NCBI GenBank assembly: GCA_035283325.1
Contig: DATEUF010000056.1
Coordinates: 5,908 to 69,907 of the forward strand
Reading direction: 5' to 3'
Origin: Pyrinomonadaceae bacterium
Lineage (GTDB): Bacteria > Acidobacteriota > Blastocatellia > Pyrinomonadales > Pyrinomonadaceae
DNA: 64,000 bases
Shown here piece by piece: positions 37,710-49,880 of the stretch. Position 1 is the stretch's first letter; every line of letters begins with the position of its first letter. The translations under genes and the position numbers were made by a program. Under the pieces are notes generated by a model, which was not told the origin of the DNA, made no database searches, and saw nothing but the letters and a program-made list of their open reading frames with translations.

Positions 37710-38001
37710 AGAGGCCATTTCTCCCGCTAAACGAAAAGGGTAAGACTAACTGCCACCTTTCCCTATGTCAAGAAAGGCTCTCTCAGGGCAACGATGTCCT
37801 AAAACAGTTCTCCTTATCGAGTTAACCCGGATGGGCCCACCTGGTCGAGGACTCCTTGGGATCATTCCTGTTTTATGGTTCTCCGACCCTTGATAAAGCC
37901 ATTTCTCGTGTGTTAGTCTCCGTCCGCTTCAGGCAGCGGCCCCACCTGTAAGTCGTTGAAACATATATGCTTAAAGCGTTACTTTAACTAATGGGAAGGT
38001 C

Positions 38002-38034
38002 TTTTCCACCGGCTGTGGAAAATTCTGTGGAAAT
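38002..38034. promoter_or_regulatory. Cluster of three DnaA-box-like 9-mers upstream of dnaA
   Basis: TTTTCCACC (38002-38010), TGTGGAAAA (38014-38022) and TGTGGAAAT (38026-38034). An AT-rich stretch lies just upstream (about 37960-37995). Confidence 0.6.
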
Positions 38035-38192
38035 TGTTCTGTTCCGTCGAAAGTGCCTCGTACCTAACAGCCGCGCCGCTTTAAGCACTGCAGCGGTACG
38101 GTCACTTCCGCTGGTTGTGTGTACGCTTTCCCGACATCCGCACAACTCTTTAGATTCAATTAGCAGGCCTCGGCAATAGATAGAGGGTTTCC

Positions 38193-39608
38193 ATGAGTGT
38201 AGCGGTTGAACGGAGTATTTGGGACGGCATTCTTCATGCAATCAAGAGGAAGCTGAGCGGAGAAACATTTGAGACGTGGTTCGATGCCATCCAATGTGAG
38301 GCGGTTGACAAACCGGGCCGCTTCATTCAACTTCGAGCTCCCAATCAAGTGGTCAAAGATTGGGTCGATATCAACTATTCAAATCTGCTTGACCAGTCGT
38401 TGTCGGAGGTGAGTCTCGGCGGTTACTCAGTTCGCTGGACGATCGCTGAAGAGAAATCTAATACTACGTCCGGGCCTGTGGCCGATCACCCCTATTCTTC
38501 ATCTCATAATCAACAGTCCGGCGTATCTCCCAGCAACCACTCGGAAGTAACTCAAGGCCCGGAATCCTCGACAAGATCCCTCACTGAACGTTCGCTGAAT
38601 GCCAAATACACTTATGACAGCTTCGTCGTCGGTTCATGTAATCAGTTTGCCCATGCGGCTTCGGTTGCTGTTGCTGAGACTCCCGGGAAGACCTATAACC
38701 CGCTTTACCTGTATGGCGGTGTGGGTCTGGGCAAAACACACCTGATGCATGCGTGCGGAAACGCCATCAAGCACAAAAACCCTCACCTGAAACTCTGTTA
38801 TCTTTCGTCCGAACGCTTTATGAATGAGCTGATCAATGCCATTCGTTACGATAAGACGCAAGGTTTTCGGGAAAAGTATCGATCTGTTGATGTTCTTCTG
38901 ATAGACGATGTGCAATTTATGGCCGGCAAAGAGCGCACGCAGGAGGAGTTTTTTCATACTTTCAATTCGCTTTACGAACAGCAGAAGCAGATTGTAATTA
39001 GCTCCGACTGCCCACCACGTGAAATTCCGACTCTCGAAGAACGCCTCCATTCCCGCTTTGAGTGGGGACTGATTGCGGATATCGAACCTCCTGATCTGGA
39101 GACAAAGGTCGCCATCTTTAAGCGTAAGGCAGAGATGGTGGGAGCTTCCGTCCCCGACGATGTCGCCCTGTTTGTCGCCAGTCGAGTAAAAAACAACATT
39201 AGAGAACTAGAGGGTTCTCTGGTTCGCCTGGTTGCTATGTCTTCTTTGAAAGGCGAACCGATTTCAAAGGCATTAGCTCAGGATGCCATCCGCAATATCG
39301 CAAACGAGGAGGACGATGGAGTTATTACGATTCAACACATCCAGAAAGCTGTTGCCGCACAGTATCGAATTAGCGTTGGTGAGTTGCTCTCTAAGAGTAA
39401 TGCGCGTCAGTTTTCATTGCCTCGTCAAATTGCCATGTTCTTGTGCAAGCGTCTCACGCGACACAGTTATCCCGAAATCGGCCGGGCATTTGGCGGCAAG
39501 CATCACACGACGGTGATCCATTCCTTCGCAAAGATAGAGTCGCTTATGCGAACTGACTCGACCCTGCAGAAGATCATCAGCGATATATCTGAAGGCCTGC
39601 ATAAGTGA
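38193..39608 (+). CDS. dnaA: Chromosomal replication initiator protein DnaA
   Basis: Walker A 'GGVGLGKTHL', 'LLIDDVQF', and the C-terminal DNA-binding 'FGGKHHTTVIHS'. Confidence 0.97.
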   Translation: MSVAVERSIWDGILHAIKRKLSGETFETWFDAIQCEAVDKPGRFIQLRAPNQVVKDWVDINYSNLLDQSLSEVSLGGYSVRWTIAEEKSNTTSGPVADHPYSSSHNQQSGVSPSNHSEVTQGPESSTRSLTERSLNAKYTYDSFVVGSCNQFAHAASVAVAETPGKTYNPLYLYGGVGLGKTHLMHACGNAIKHKNPHLKLCYLSSERFMNELINAIRYDKTQGFREKYRSVDVLLIDDVQFMAGKERTQEEFFHTFNSLYEQQKQIVISSDCPPREIPTLEERLHSRFEWGLIADIEPPDLETKVAIFKRKAEMVGASVPDDVALFVASRVKNNIRELEGSLVRLVAMSSLKGEPISKALAQDAIRNIANEEDDGVITIQHIQKAVAAQYRISVGELLSKSNARQFSLPRQIAMFLCKRLTRHSYPEIGRAFGGKHHTTVIHSFAKIESLMRTDSTLQKIISDISEGLHK

Positions 39609-39715
39609 TCTTTTGTTTTTTTATCTATCGCAAACTCGGTTGCCTTCTACCCTTTCAGCCAGTATTGAGTTAAGCTTGCCGCAAAGAGATTTTCACAGTC
39701 GTGATAGCACAGGTT

Positions 39716-39913
39716 TGTGGAAACCAGTGGAAATGAATCACTGCTCTGAGTCGTTAACAAACGCAGAATTATTGTCCTCATTACTTTCACTGCCGCAGTG
39801 TGGATGCAAATGAGGTACTCGCGACTACTTAGCTGTATTTCCACAGAATCAACAGGCGCTACTCCTACTACTATAAAGAAATAGAGAGTTTTGGAAATTA
39901 GTAGAAATCGATT
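39716..39913. promoter_or_regulatory. oriC-like module: DnaA boxes, DnaA-trio-like repeat and an AT-rich tract
   Basis: Boxes: TGTGGAAAC (39716-24), AGTGGAAAT (39726-34), TGTGGATGC (39799-807) and ATTTCCACA (39837-45). A 13-nt spacer ending GGCG follows, then CTACTCCTACTACTA (39859-73), then AT-rich sequence. Confidence 0.55.
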
Positions 39914-39934
39914 GCGAGAGGTGAAAGTAGAAAA

Positions 39935-41080
39935 ATGAGTCAGCCAGTCACTGCTAAAGCGCCGGTCAATATGCAGTTTGTAGTAAGTAAGCAGAACCTG
40001 CAAAAAGAACTGAGTTTTGTCCAGGGCGTAGTAGAAAAGAAGAACACTATTCCGGTGCTTTCAAATATTCTGATTGAGTCAGTCGGTGAAAGCACCATTC
40101 GCATAATCGGAACCGATCTCGATGTGACCGTACGATGCGACATGGACGCGGAAGAAATTGGTAGTCCTGGTTCGATTTGCGTCCAGGCGAGGAAGTTGTT
40201 TGAAATAGCCCGGCTGTTACCCGATGCTCCGGTCAGTTTTACCAAGGAAGAGAACGACTGGGTAACAGTCAAATGTGATCGTGCAAAGTTTAAGATGGTG
40301 GGTATTTCTCGCGATGCTTTTCCTGAGGTCCCCAGTTTTAAGTCGGCGCCGACCCGAATCGCGGCCGCTATTCTGAAATCTTTCATTGACCGGACGATTT
40401 TTGCAATCACTCAGGAAGAATCGAGATACACGCTTTCCGGAGCGAAATTCATTCTCGACAAAGCCGGCGCGAAAATGATTACCACTGACGGTCACCGCCT
40501 GGCCTACGTTGAAAGAATGACAAACAGCGAAATAAACGAGGCCGTTGATACACTGATACCGCGAAAGACGCTGGCGGAATTGACAAAGCTAACCTCAGGG
40601 TACGAAGGAGAGATCAGTCTCGGAATGGACGAGAATCATCTCTATTTTGAAGTTGGGCCCAGACTTCTGATTTCGAGGATGCTTTACGGGCAGTTTCCTA
40701 ATTACGAGATGGTACTGCCGAAGAACAATGACAAATCGATTGAGTTAGACAGCGCTTCGCTCAATGCTGCCATCCGGCGAGTGGCGCTAATGGCTGACGA
40801 GCGCTCGCATGCTATAAGGTTTCACGTGGAGCCAAATCAACTCGTAATCACATCGCAAAACGCCGAAGAAGGCGAGGCCCATGAGACGATTCAGACAGAC
40901 TATAGCGGTGAAGAATCCGATATAGGCTTCAATGCCCAGTACCTGCAGGATTTCCTCAATGTTATCAGCGACGGTAAGGTTGTTTTTGAGTTCAAGGACG
41001 GGAACTCGCAGGCCCAGTTTCGTCCCAGCGACACAGGTGAATACGATTACAAATATATCGTAATGCCAATGCGCATTTGA
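39935..41080 (+). CDS. dnaN: DNA polymerase III subunit beta
   Basis: 'MQFVVSKQNLQKELSFVQGVVEKKNTIPVLSNILIE' is a typical clamp N-terminus, and the protein ends '...YIVMPMRI'. The true start may be ATG 39971. Confidence 0.95.
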   Translation: MSQPVTAKAPVNMQFVVSKQNLQKELSFVQGVVEKKNTIPVLSNILIESVGESTIRIIGTDLDVTVRCDMDAEEIGSPGSICVQARKLFEIARLLPDAPVSFTKEENDWVTVKCDRAKFKMVGISRDAFPEVPSFKSAPTRIAAAILKSFIDRTIFAITQEESRYTLSGAKFILDKAGAKMITTDGHRLAYVERMTNSEINEAVDTLIPRKTLAELTKLTSGYEGEISLGMDENHLYFEVGPRLLISRMLYGQFPNYEMVLPKNNDKSIELDSASLNAAIRRVALMADERSHAIRFHVEPNQLVITSQNAEEGEAHETIQTDYSGEESDIGFNAQYLQDFLNVISDGKVVFEFKDGNSQAQFRPSDTGEYDYKYIVMPMRI

Positions 41081-41326
41081 TGAAGGGCCGCGGCGCCAGA
41101 TCTTCTTTTACCGAGTGACGTGAAAGTCGCACCAGGATTAGATAGAGAATAGCGCATTGCCAGCTAAGCGGTTCTGGTAACTTCCTTTTGTCGGGACATC
41201 ATAAATTGAGCAATTGCTTTTGACTTCCAGGGCACTACGTCCCTTTGAGTCTTGTCTGGAATACTTCATCCTTTCCCTCCACAGCCAACGGTCTTCCTCG
41301 GTTGGGCCATATGTTAGAATCAAGTC

Positions 41327-42478
41327 ATGTACCTCGACTTTATTGAGGCCCACAACTTTCGGAACCTTGCCGGTAAGATAACCTGGGGACGTCGACTCAA
41401 CATAATTCATGGCAGCAACGGTCAGGGAAAGACTAATTGGCTGGAAGCGATCTATCTTCTGGCGCGCAGCAAGTCCTTTCGCACACAGCGGTTGCAGGAA
41501 GCCATCAAATTCGGTGGAGAACTAGCGGTTGTGAAAGGGCAGGTCGTCGGCGGGAACGACGTTCGTAGAGATCTGCGGGTGACCCTGCAGGGAAATACTA
41601 AATGGATTTCTGTAAATGAAAAGCGGGAACCACTCCATCGGTATTTGAGTCAACTCCAGGTATTTGCCTTTACCGCGGATGAATTGGAGGTGGTGAGAGG
41701 TGTGCCGGAAGCGCGACGCCGCTTCATTGATCGAGGAATATCATCCCTGCAACCCGCCTATGTTCAGACGCTCACCTCCTACAACAAGGTATTAAGACAG
41801 AAGAATAAGATTCTCCAGGACGCAGCTGAGCGTGGAATACGGCTCGAGGAGGTAGCAGAACTCCTGTTCCCCTGGAATGACCAATTGGTAAGCCTGGCGA
41901 CACGAATTCACTCGGCCCGGATAAATTACGTCGGATTGTTGGGCGCGCAACTCGAACACACACTCTTCGAGCCTTGTGAAGTTCAACTGCGGTACCGTTC
42001 GTCACTTGATGGTAAGGGTGACCTGAATCATTACGAAGCAGTGCTGGCGGAGCGCTTGGGTCTGCGCTTGCCAGCTGAAGTAGCTGCTGGCCACTCACTT
42101 TTGGGTGTCCATCGCGATGAGTTGGAGATACTCTTCAGGGGCCGGGAAATGAGGGTTTTTGGCAGTTCCGGGCAACAGCGTAGCGCATTGCTATTATTAG
42201 ACTTAGCAGCGATTTCGTTGTATAATTTAGAGCATCGAGATTATCCGATTTTTGTCATCGACGACGTCGATGCAGAGTTGGACGAAAACAGGATCACGCA
42301 GCTTCTGGATTACCTTGACGGTCGCACCCAAACTTTCATCACTACCTCCAAGAGGAATCAGGTCGAAAGCTTTCTATCCAGGGCAGGGGTTTACGAGATT
42401 CAGAACGGCAGTGTGTTGTCTCAGCAGCCGCTTACGAGTAACTGTGTGATGGCTGCAGGGGCGGGTGAGGGAGATTAG
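41327..42478 (+). CDS. recF: DNA replication/repair protein RecF
   Basis: 'FRNL...LNIIHGSNGQGKTNWLEAI' Walker A and 'GSSGQQRSALLLLDLA' signature motif. Confidence 0.95.
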   Translation: MYLDFIEAHNFRNLAGKITWGRRLNIIHGSNGQGKTNWLEAIYLLARSKSFRTQRLQEAIKFGGELAVVKGQVVGGNDVRRDLRVTLQGNTKWISVNEKREPLHRYLSQLQVFAFTADELEVVRGVPEARRRFIDRGISSLQPAYVQTLTSYNKVLRQKNKILQDAAERGIRLEEVAELLFPWNDQLVSLATRIHSARINYVGLLGAQLEHTLFEPCEVQLRYRSSLDGKGDLNHYEAVLAERLGLRLPAEVAAGHSLLGVHRDELEILFRGREMRVFGSSGQQRSALLLLDLAAISLYNLEHRDYPIFVIDDVDAELDENRITQLLDYLDGRTQTFITTSKRNQVESFLSRAGVYEIQNGSVLSQQPLTSNCVMAAGAGEGD

Positions 42479-42505
42479 ATTGCTTGGTGGAAAGATGAGA
42501 AATGA

Positions 42506-46392
<3,887 letters not shown>

Positions 46393-46720
46393 CTCAGCTC
46401 CTCCCCACCGGAGTAAAGAGTGGGTGGTGTGACTGACGCGCGTGGCCTGCGTCAGTCTGTGGCATGATATATACCAGTGGGCGCTACGAAAACAATCCAA
46501 TTCTAGCACGTACTAATAGCTAACCAGTTAAAATAAGGAGACTGGGTCGTTTACAATGTTGAACTCGGGCGCTACCCACGCGGCAAAATCTTGGGGAGCA
46601 TGGCAAGGCCAGCAACGATTGCCATGCTGATTCCAATCCAAAAATATCTATCATCGCCGGTGCCATAATTATATTATTTCGCGGTTAACTCGTATACCGT
46701 CTCTTTAAAGAGATTTTCCA

Positions 46721-47929
46721 ATGACCTTTGATGTGCTGATTGTGGGGGCAGGCCCAGCTGGCTCATTCGCTGCCGAACGATTGGCGCGCGCGGGCGCGCG
46801 CGTGATGATGTTTGATGGCCGCCCGCAAGGTCAGCCAAAACCCTGTGGTGGAGGCGTGACTGCAAAAGCGTTGAAAGCCTGGCCTCATCTGCTCAACGCA
46901 GTAGGACGCACTGTTACGGACCTTGAATTGTATTCACCCTCTGGCAAGCGGCTGCGCCTGGAGCTGGAGGAACCATTTGCAATCTATTCGCGCATTGCCT
47001 TCGATGCTTATTTGCGCGATCGCGCATTGCAAGCCGGCGCCCGGATCTGCGCCGCCAAAGTGTCGACGCGAAGCGTCAGGCGAACAGAAAGGGGCTGGAC
47101 CTTGCACATACCGGGTGGGGGGCAATTGTCAGGCCATTTCCTGGTCGGCGCAGATGGAGCAAATAGTGTGGTCGCCAAGATGTTAGCCGGGTCGCTCGCT
47201 GCCTCGGAGATGGAGGTGGCGTTTGGTTACAGGGCGCCTTTACCCCCCGGTGAAGAGGCCCCGACTGTTGTAGCCTTCCTTCCCGGGTGGGCCGGTTATG
47301 CCTGGGCTTTCCCGCGTCTGGATCACGTCTCCTTTGGCATTGCTACCACACAGGATGCTTTTGCGCACGAACCTCTGGAGGCCCTTTTATGGGATTTTAT
47401 GCTCGGCTACTATCGGCAACGGGAAGATCCGAAGGCAAATCTGTGGCGCAAACGTAAAGTGGACCAGCAACGAGATATCCGCATGAGAACGGAATTGGCT
47501 CGGGTTGCGGAACGATATGCTGCGCGGATTCCAGGGGTAGCAGACAAGACATGGGAATCACGAAAAGTCTGCGGAGCTGACTGGGCGCTTCTGGGAGATG
47601 CGGCCGGCTTCGCTGATCCGGTAACGGGCGAAGGCATCTATTACGCACTACGCTCGGCGGAATTGCTTGCAGAATGTTACCTCACGGGCGCGCCAGAGAG
47701 TTATGAACACCAGTGGCGTGAAGACTTTGGCCGCGAACTCAAGCGAGCCGCGCAGATGCGTTGCCGCTTCTACGGCAACTTCTGGGGCGCGCCCTTTACG
47801 GAACGGATGATTGAGTTTGCCCGCGGGCACCGCGGCATTAAACGGGTGCTGGGTGACCTTGTGGCTGGTCAGCAGTCGTATACGGATCTGAAAAAGAAGC
47901 TCGCCCTCAATGCCTTACGACCACTGTGA
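46721..47929 (+). CDS. Geranylgeranyl reductase family FAD-dependent oxidoreductase
   Basis: 'DVLIVGAGPAGSFAAERLARAGARVMMFD', 'KPCGGGVT', 'LLGDAAGFADPVTGEGIYYA'. Confidence 0.8.
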   Translation: MTFDVLIVGAGPAGSFAAERLARAGARVMMFDGRPQGQPKPCGGGVTAKALKAWPHLLNAVGRTVTDLELYSPSGKRLRLELEEPFAIYSRIAFDAYLRDRALQAGARICAAKVSTRSVRRTERGWTLHIPGGGQLSGHFLVGADGANSVVAKMLAGSLAASEMEVAFGYRAPLPPGEEAPTVVAFLPGWAGYAWAFPRLDHVSFGIATTQDAFAHEPLEALLWDFMLGYYRQREDPKANLWRKRKVDQQRDIRMRTELARVAERYAARIPGVADKTWESRKVCGADWALLGDAAGFADPVTGEGIYYALRSAELLAECYLTGAPESYEHQWREDFGRELKRAAQMRCRFYGNFWGAPFTERMIEFARGHRGIKRVLGDLVAGQQSYTDLKKKLALNALRPL

Positions 47930-47942
47930 GATCGAGTCTCAA

Positions 47943-48581
47943 TCAGGGCGCCAGGCGCTTGATGGTCCAGGTGCCGTCTTTCTCAATCTCATAAAGAAGG
48001 CGATCGTGAAGGCGACCGGGGCGTCCCTTCCAGAACTCAATTCGCGATGGCTTCAGGCGATAACCACCCCAATGCGCTGGCCGTTCCACGCGCCGGCCAC
48101 GGTAAATCTCCTCGAGTTCGGCAAATCTCCTCTCCAACTGTTCCCGGCTTTCAATTACGTCACTCTGCGGTGAGGCAATAGCACCTATCTGACTGTCGCG
48201 CGGACGTGTTTGAAAATACCGATCCGATTCTTCGACAGAGATTCGCTCCACTGTTCCTTCAATCCGTACCTGGCGTTCAAGTTGCGGCCAATAAGAGACA
48301 AGCGTAGCAAAAGGGTTGGCGTCTAACTCCCTGGCCTTTGCACTGCGGTAGTTCGTGAAAAAGACAAAGCCCCGCTCATCTACCTCCTTCACTAAGACCA
48401 TTCGCGCCGACGGCCTGCCGTCTTTGGTTGCTGTCGCCAGGGTTACTGCATCAGGCAGTGGCAAGTCTTCGCGGCTAGCATCTTGAAACCACCTTTGAAA
48501 AAGGCAGATCGGATTAGGGTCCACGCTTCGCTCATCCAACTCCTCGCCTGCATAGATGTTGTCAGGATTTCCCATAATCAT
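47943..48581 (-). CDS. pdxH: Pyridoxamine 5'-phosphate oxidase
   Basis: 'ATATKDGRPSARMVLVK', 'RIEFWKGRPGRLHDR', and the C-terminal '...KRLAP'. Confidence 0.92.
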   Translation of the reverse strand: MIMGNPDNIYAGEELDERSVDPNPICLFQRWFQDASREDLPLPDAVTLATATKDGRPSARMVLVKEVDERGFVFFTNYRSAKARELDANPFATLVSYWPQLERQVRIEGTVERISVEESDRYFQTRPRDSQIGAIASPQSDVIESREQLERRFAELEEIYRGRRVERPAHWGGYRLKPSRIEFWKGRPGRLHDRLLYEIEKDGTWTIKRLAP

Positions 48582-49012
48582 CAGACGCTTTCTCTTCTGG
48601 CGTAGGGCTCCAACCGGCGGCGGAGTTCTTCGGGGATGCGAACCGTTTCGAAACTTCCGCGCTTCACGGCCGCCAGCACGAAATGAGCATCCGCGATTAG
48701 CGCGTCCTCCCCTTTTCGATGTACCTCGAAATCTAGGCGCATAGACTTGTTGCCAAACCGCCCGACCCAGACTGAAACGACGAGCAGGTCATCAAGTTGG
48801 GCAGCCCGATGAAAATCGCACTCGAGATGCACTCGAGGCAGCCACACATCCAACTGATCAAAGACCATGCCGTAAGGAAGACCCACGGCACGAAATAGTT
48901 CCGTTTCAGCGAACTCGAAGAAGCGAATGTAAGCGCCGTAGAAAATTATCCGAGCGGCATCGACGTCGCCCCAGCGCACACGTTCCTCAATGCTGAACTT
49001 TCCAGGTATCAA
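48581..49012 (-). CDS. Acyl-CoA thioesterase (4HBT/YbgC family)
   Basis: 'RVRWGDVDAARIIFYGAYIRFFE' hotdog-fold motif. 143 aa. Confidence 0.8.
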   Translation of the reverse strand: MIPGKFSIEERVRWGDVDAARIIFYGAYIRFFEFAETELFRAVGLPYGMVFDQLDVWLPRVHLECDFHRAAQLDDLLVVSVWVGRFGNKSMRLDFEVHRKGEDALIADAHFVLAAVKRGSFETVRIPEELRRRLEPYARRESV

Positions 49013-49030
49013 TGTGTCTCCTAGAGAGGA

Positions 49031-49828
49031 TTATTGCTCTAGGTCTGCGAGGAACTTAGCTAATGCACGATTAAACTCTTCGGGTCGTTCCAGATTCGAT
49101 AGATGCGCAGCAGCTTCGATGATCTCCAAACGCGAGCCACCTATTTCACGGTGCAGCAACTCAGCGTCGGCAATGGGTGTGATCGTGTCCTCGCTGCCGA
49201 CGATGATCAGTACGGGGGCGATAATTCGTGAAACAAATGATCTCTGGTCCTGCCGCCTGGCCATCCCCTCAAGGGCGGCGGCCGCGCCTTCCGGTCTGGT
49301 CCCAATTATCATTGCGCGAACGCGCCTTACTATATCAGGGCGTTTCGCTAAAGTTTCAGAGGCGAGTTGCTTCGGCAGAAGACTATCAGTAATGGCTTCC
49401 ATGCCTTCTCGCAAAATCTGCGCCGCTTGTGTTGAGCGGTTTGCTTTCCCGTCTTCGGTGTCTGACTGGGCGCGGGTGTCGGCGAGTACCAGCGCCCGCA
49501 CCCGCAAAGGAAAACGGCGACAAAAGGCAAGTGCAACGTACCCACCCATCGAGAGGCCCGCCAGGGTTGCCCGCTCAATGTCTAACCTATCCAATAGAGC
49601 ACCAACGTCGAGGGCCATCTCCTCCATCGTCGCCGGAGATGGACCTACATCAGTTTCACCGTGGCCTCGCAGATCGAGAGTGATGATCCGGTGGTGTTCA
49701 ACAAGCGCTTCCTTTTGTTCCTGCCACATTGAACGATTGAAAGGAAAGCCGTGAAGGAAGACGAGTGGTGGGCCGCTGCCAACGTCGTCGTAAGCAACCT
49801 CAATTCCTCTCAATCGCACCCTGGCCAT
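49031..49828 (-). CDS. Alpha/beta-fold hydrolase
   Basis: 'PLVFLHGFPFN' and the nucleophile elbow 'GLSMGG'. 265 aa. Confidence 0.85.
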   Translation of the reverse strand: MARVRLRGIEVAYDDVGSGPPLVFLHGFPFNRSMWQEQKEALVEHHRIITLDLRGHGETDVGPSPATMEEMALDVGALLDRLDIERATLAGLSMGGYVALAFCRRFPLRVRALVLADTRAQSDTEDGKANRSTQAAQILREGMEAITDSLLPKQLASETLAKRPDIVRRVRAMIIGTRPEGAAAALEGMARRQDQRSFVSRIIAPVLIIVGSEDTITPIADAELLHREIGGSRLEIIEAAAHLSNLERPEEFNRALAKFLADLEQ

Positions 49829-49880
49829 CTAATTATTCCGCTGTTAAAAGTGGCTACCGGCCTGTGTTCAAAAAAAGCTG

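Noticed and set aside
40818-40833. GGTTTCACGTGGAGCC inside dnaN, a 12/16 match to parS.
   Set aside because: Only one half of the palindrome is conserved and it lies in coding sequence. This is most likely a chance match to the GTTTCACGTG core.
41138-41410. A 90-aa minus-strand ORF in the dnaN-recF spacer that overlaps the recF start.
   Set aside because: It overlaps the well-supported recF 5' end by 84 nt and has no RBS or recognisable motif. The spacer more probably holds the recF promoter; a TGTTAGAAT extended -10-like sequence lies at about 41311-41319.
46597-46628. A 10-bp-stem hairpin (AGCATGGCAA ... TTGCCATGCT) and small ORFs (24-48 aa) in the 328-bp divergent promoter region between the AMMECR1-fusion gene and the geranylgeranyl-reductase-like gene.
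   Set aside because: There is no U-tract and no gene end nearby, so it is not a terminator. The small ORFs lack convincing start/RBS combinations. It may be an operator, but nothing in the sequence supports a specific call.
48990-49754. A 254-aa plus-strand ORF antisense to the alpha/beta hydrolase gene. Similar antisense ORFs occur at 20103-20675, 8947-9552, 18419-18994, 3027-3626, 34674-35153 and 33401-33940.
   Set aside because: Each lies opposite a gene with clear family motifs and has Ser/Arg/Ala-biased, motif-free translations. They are treated as non-coding shadows.
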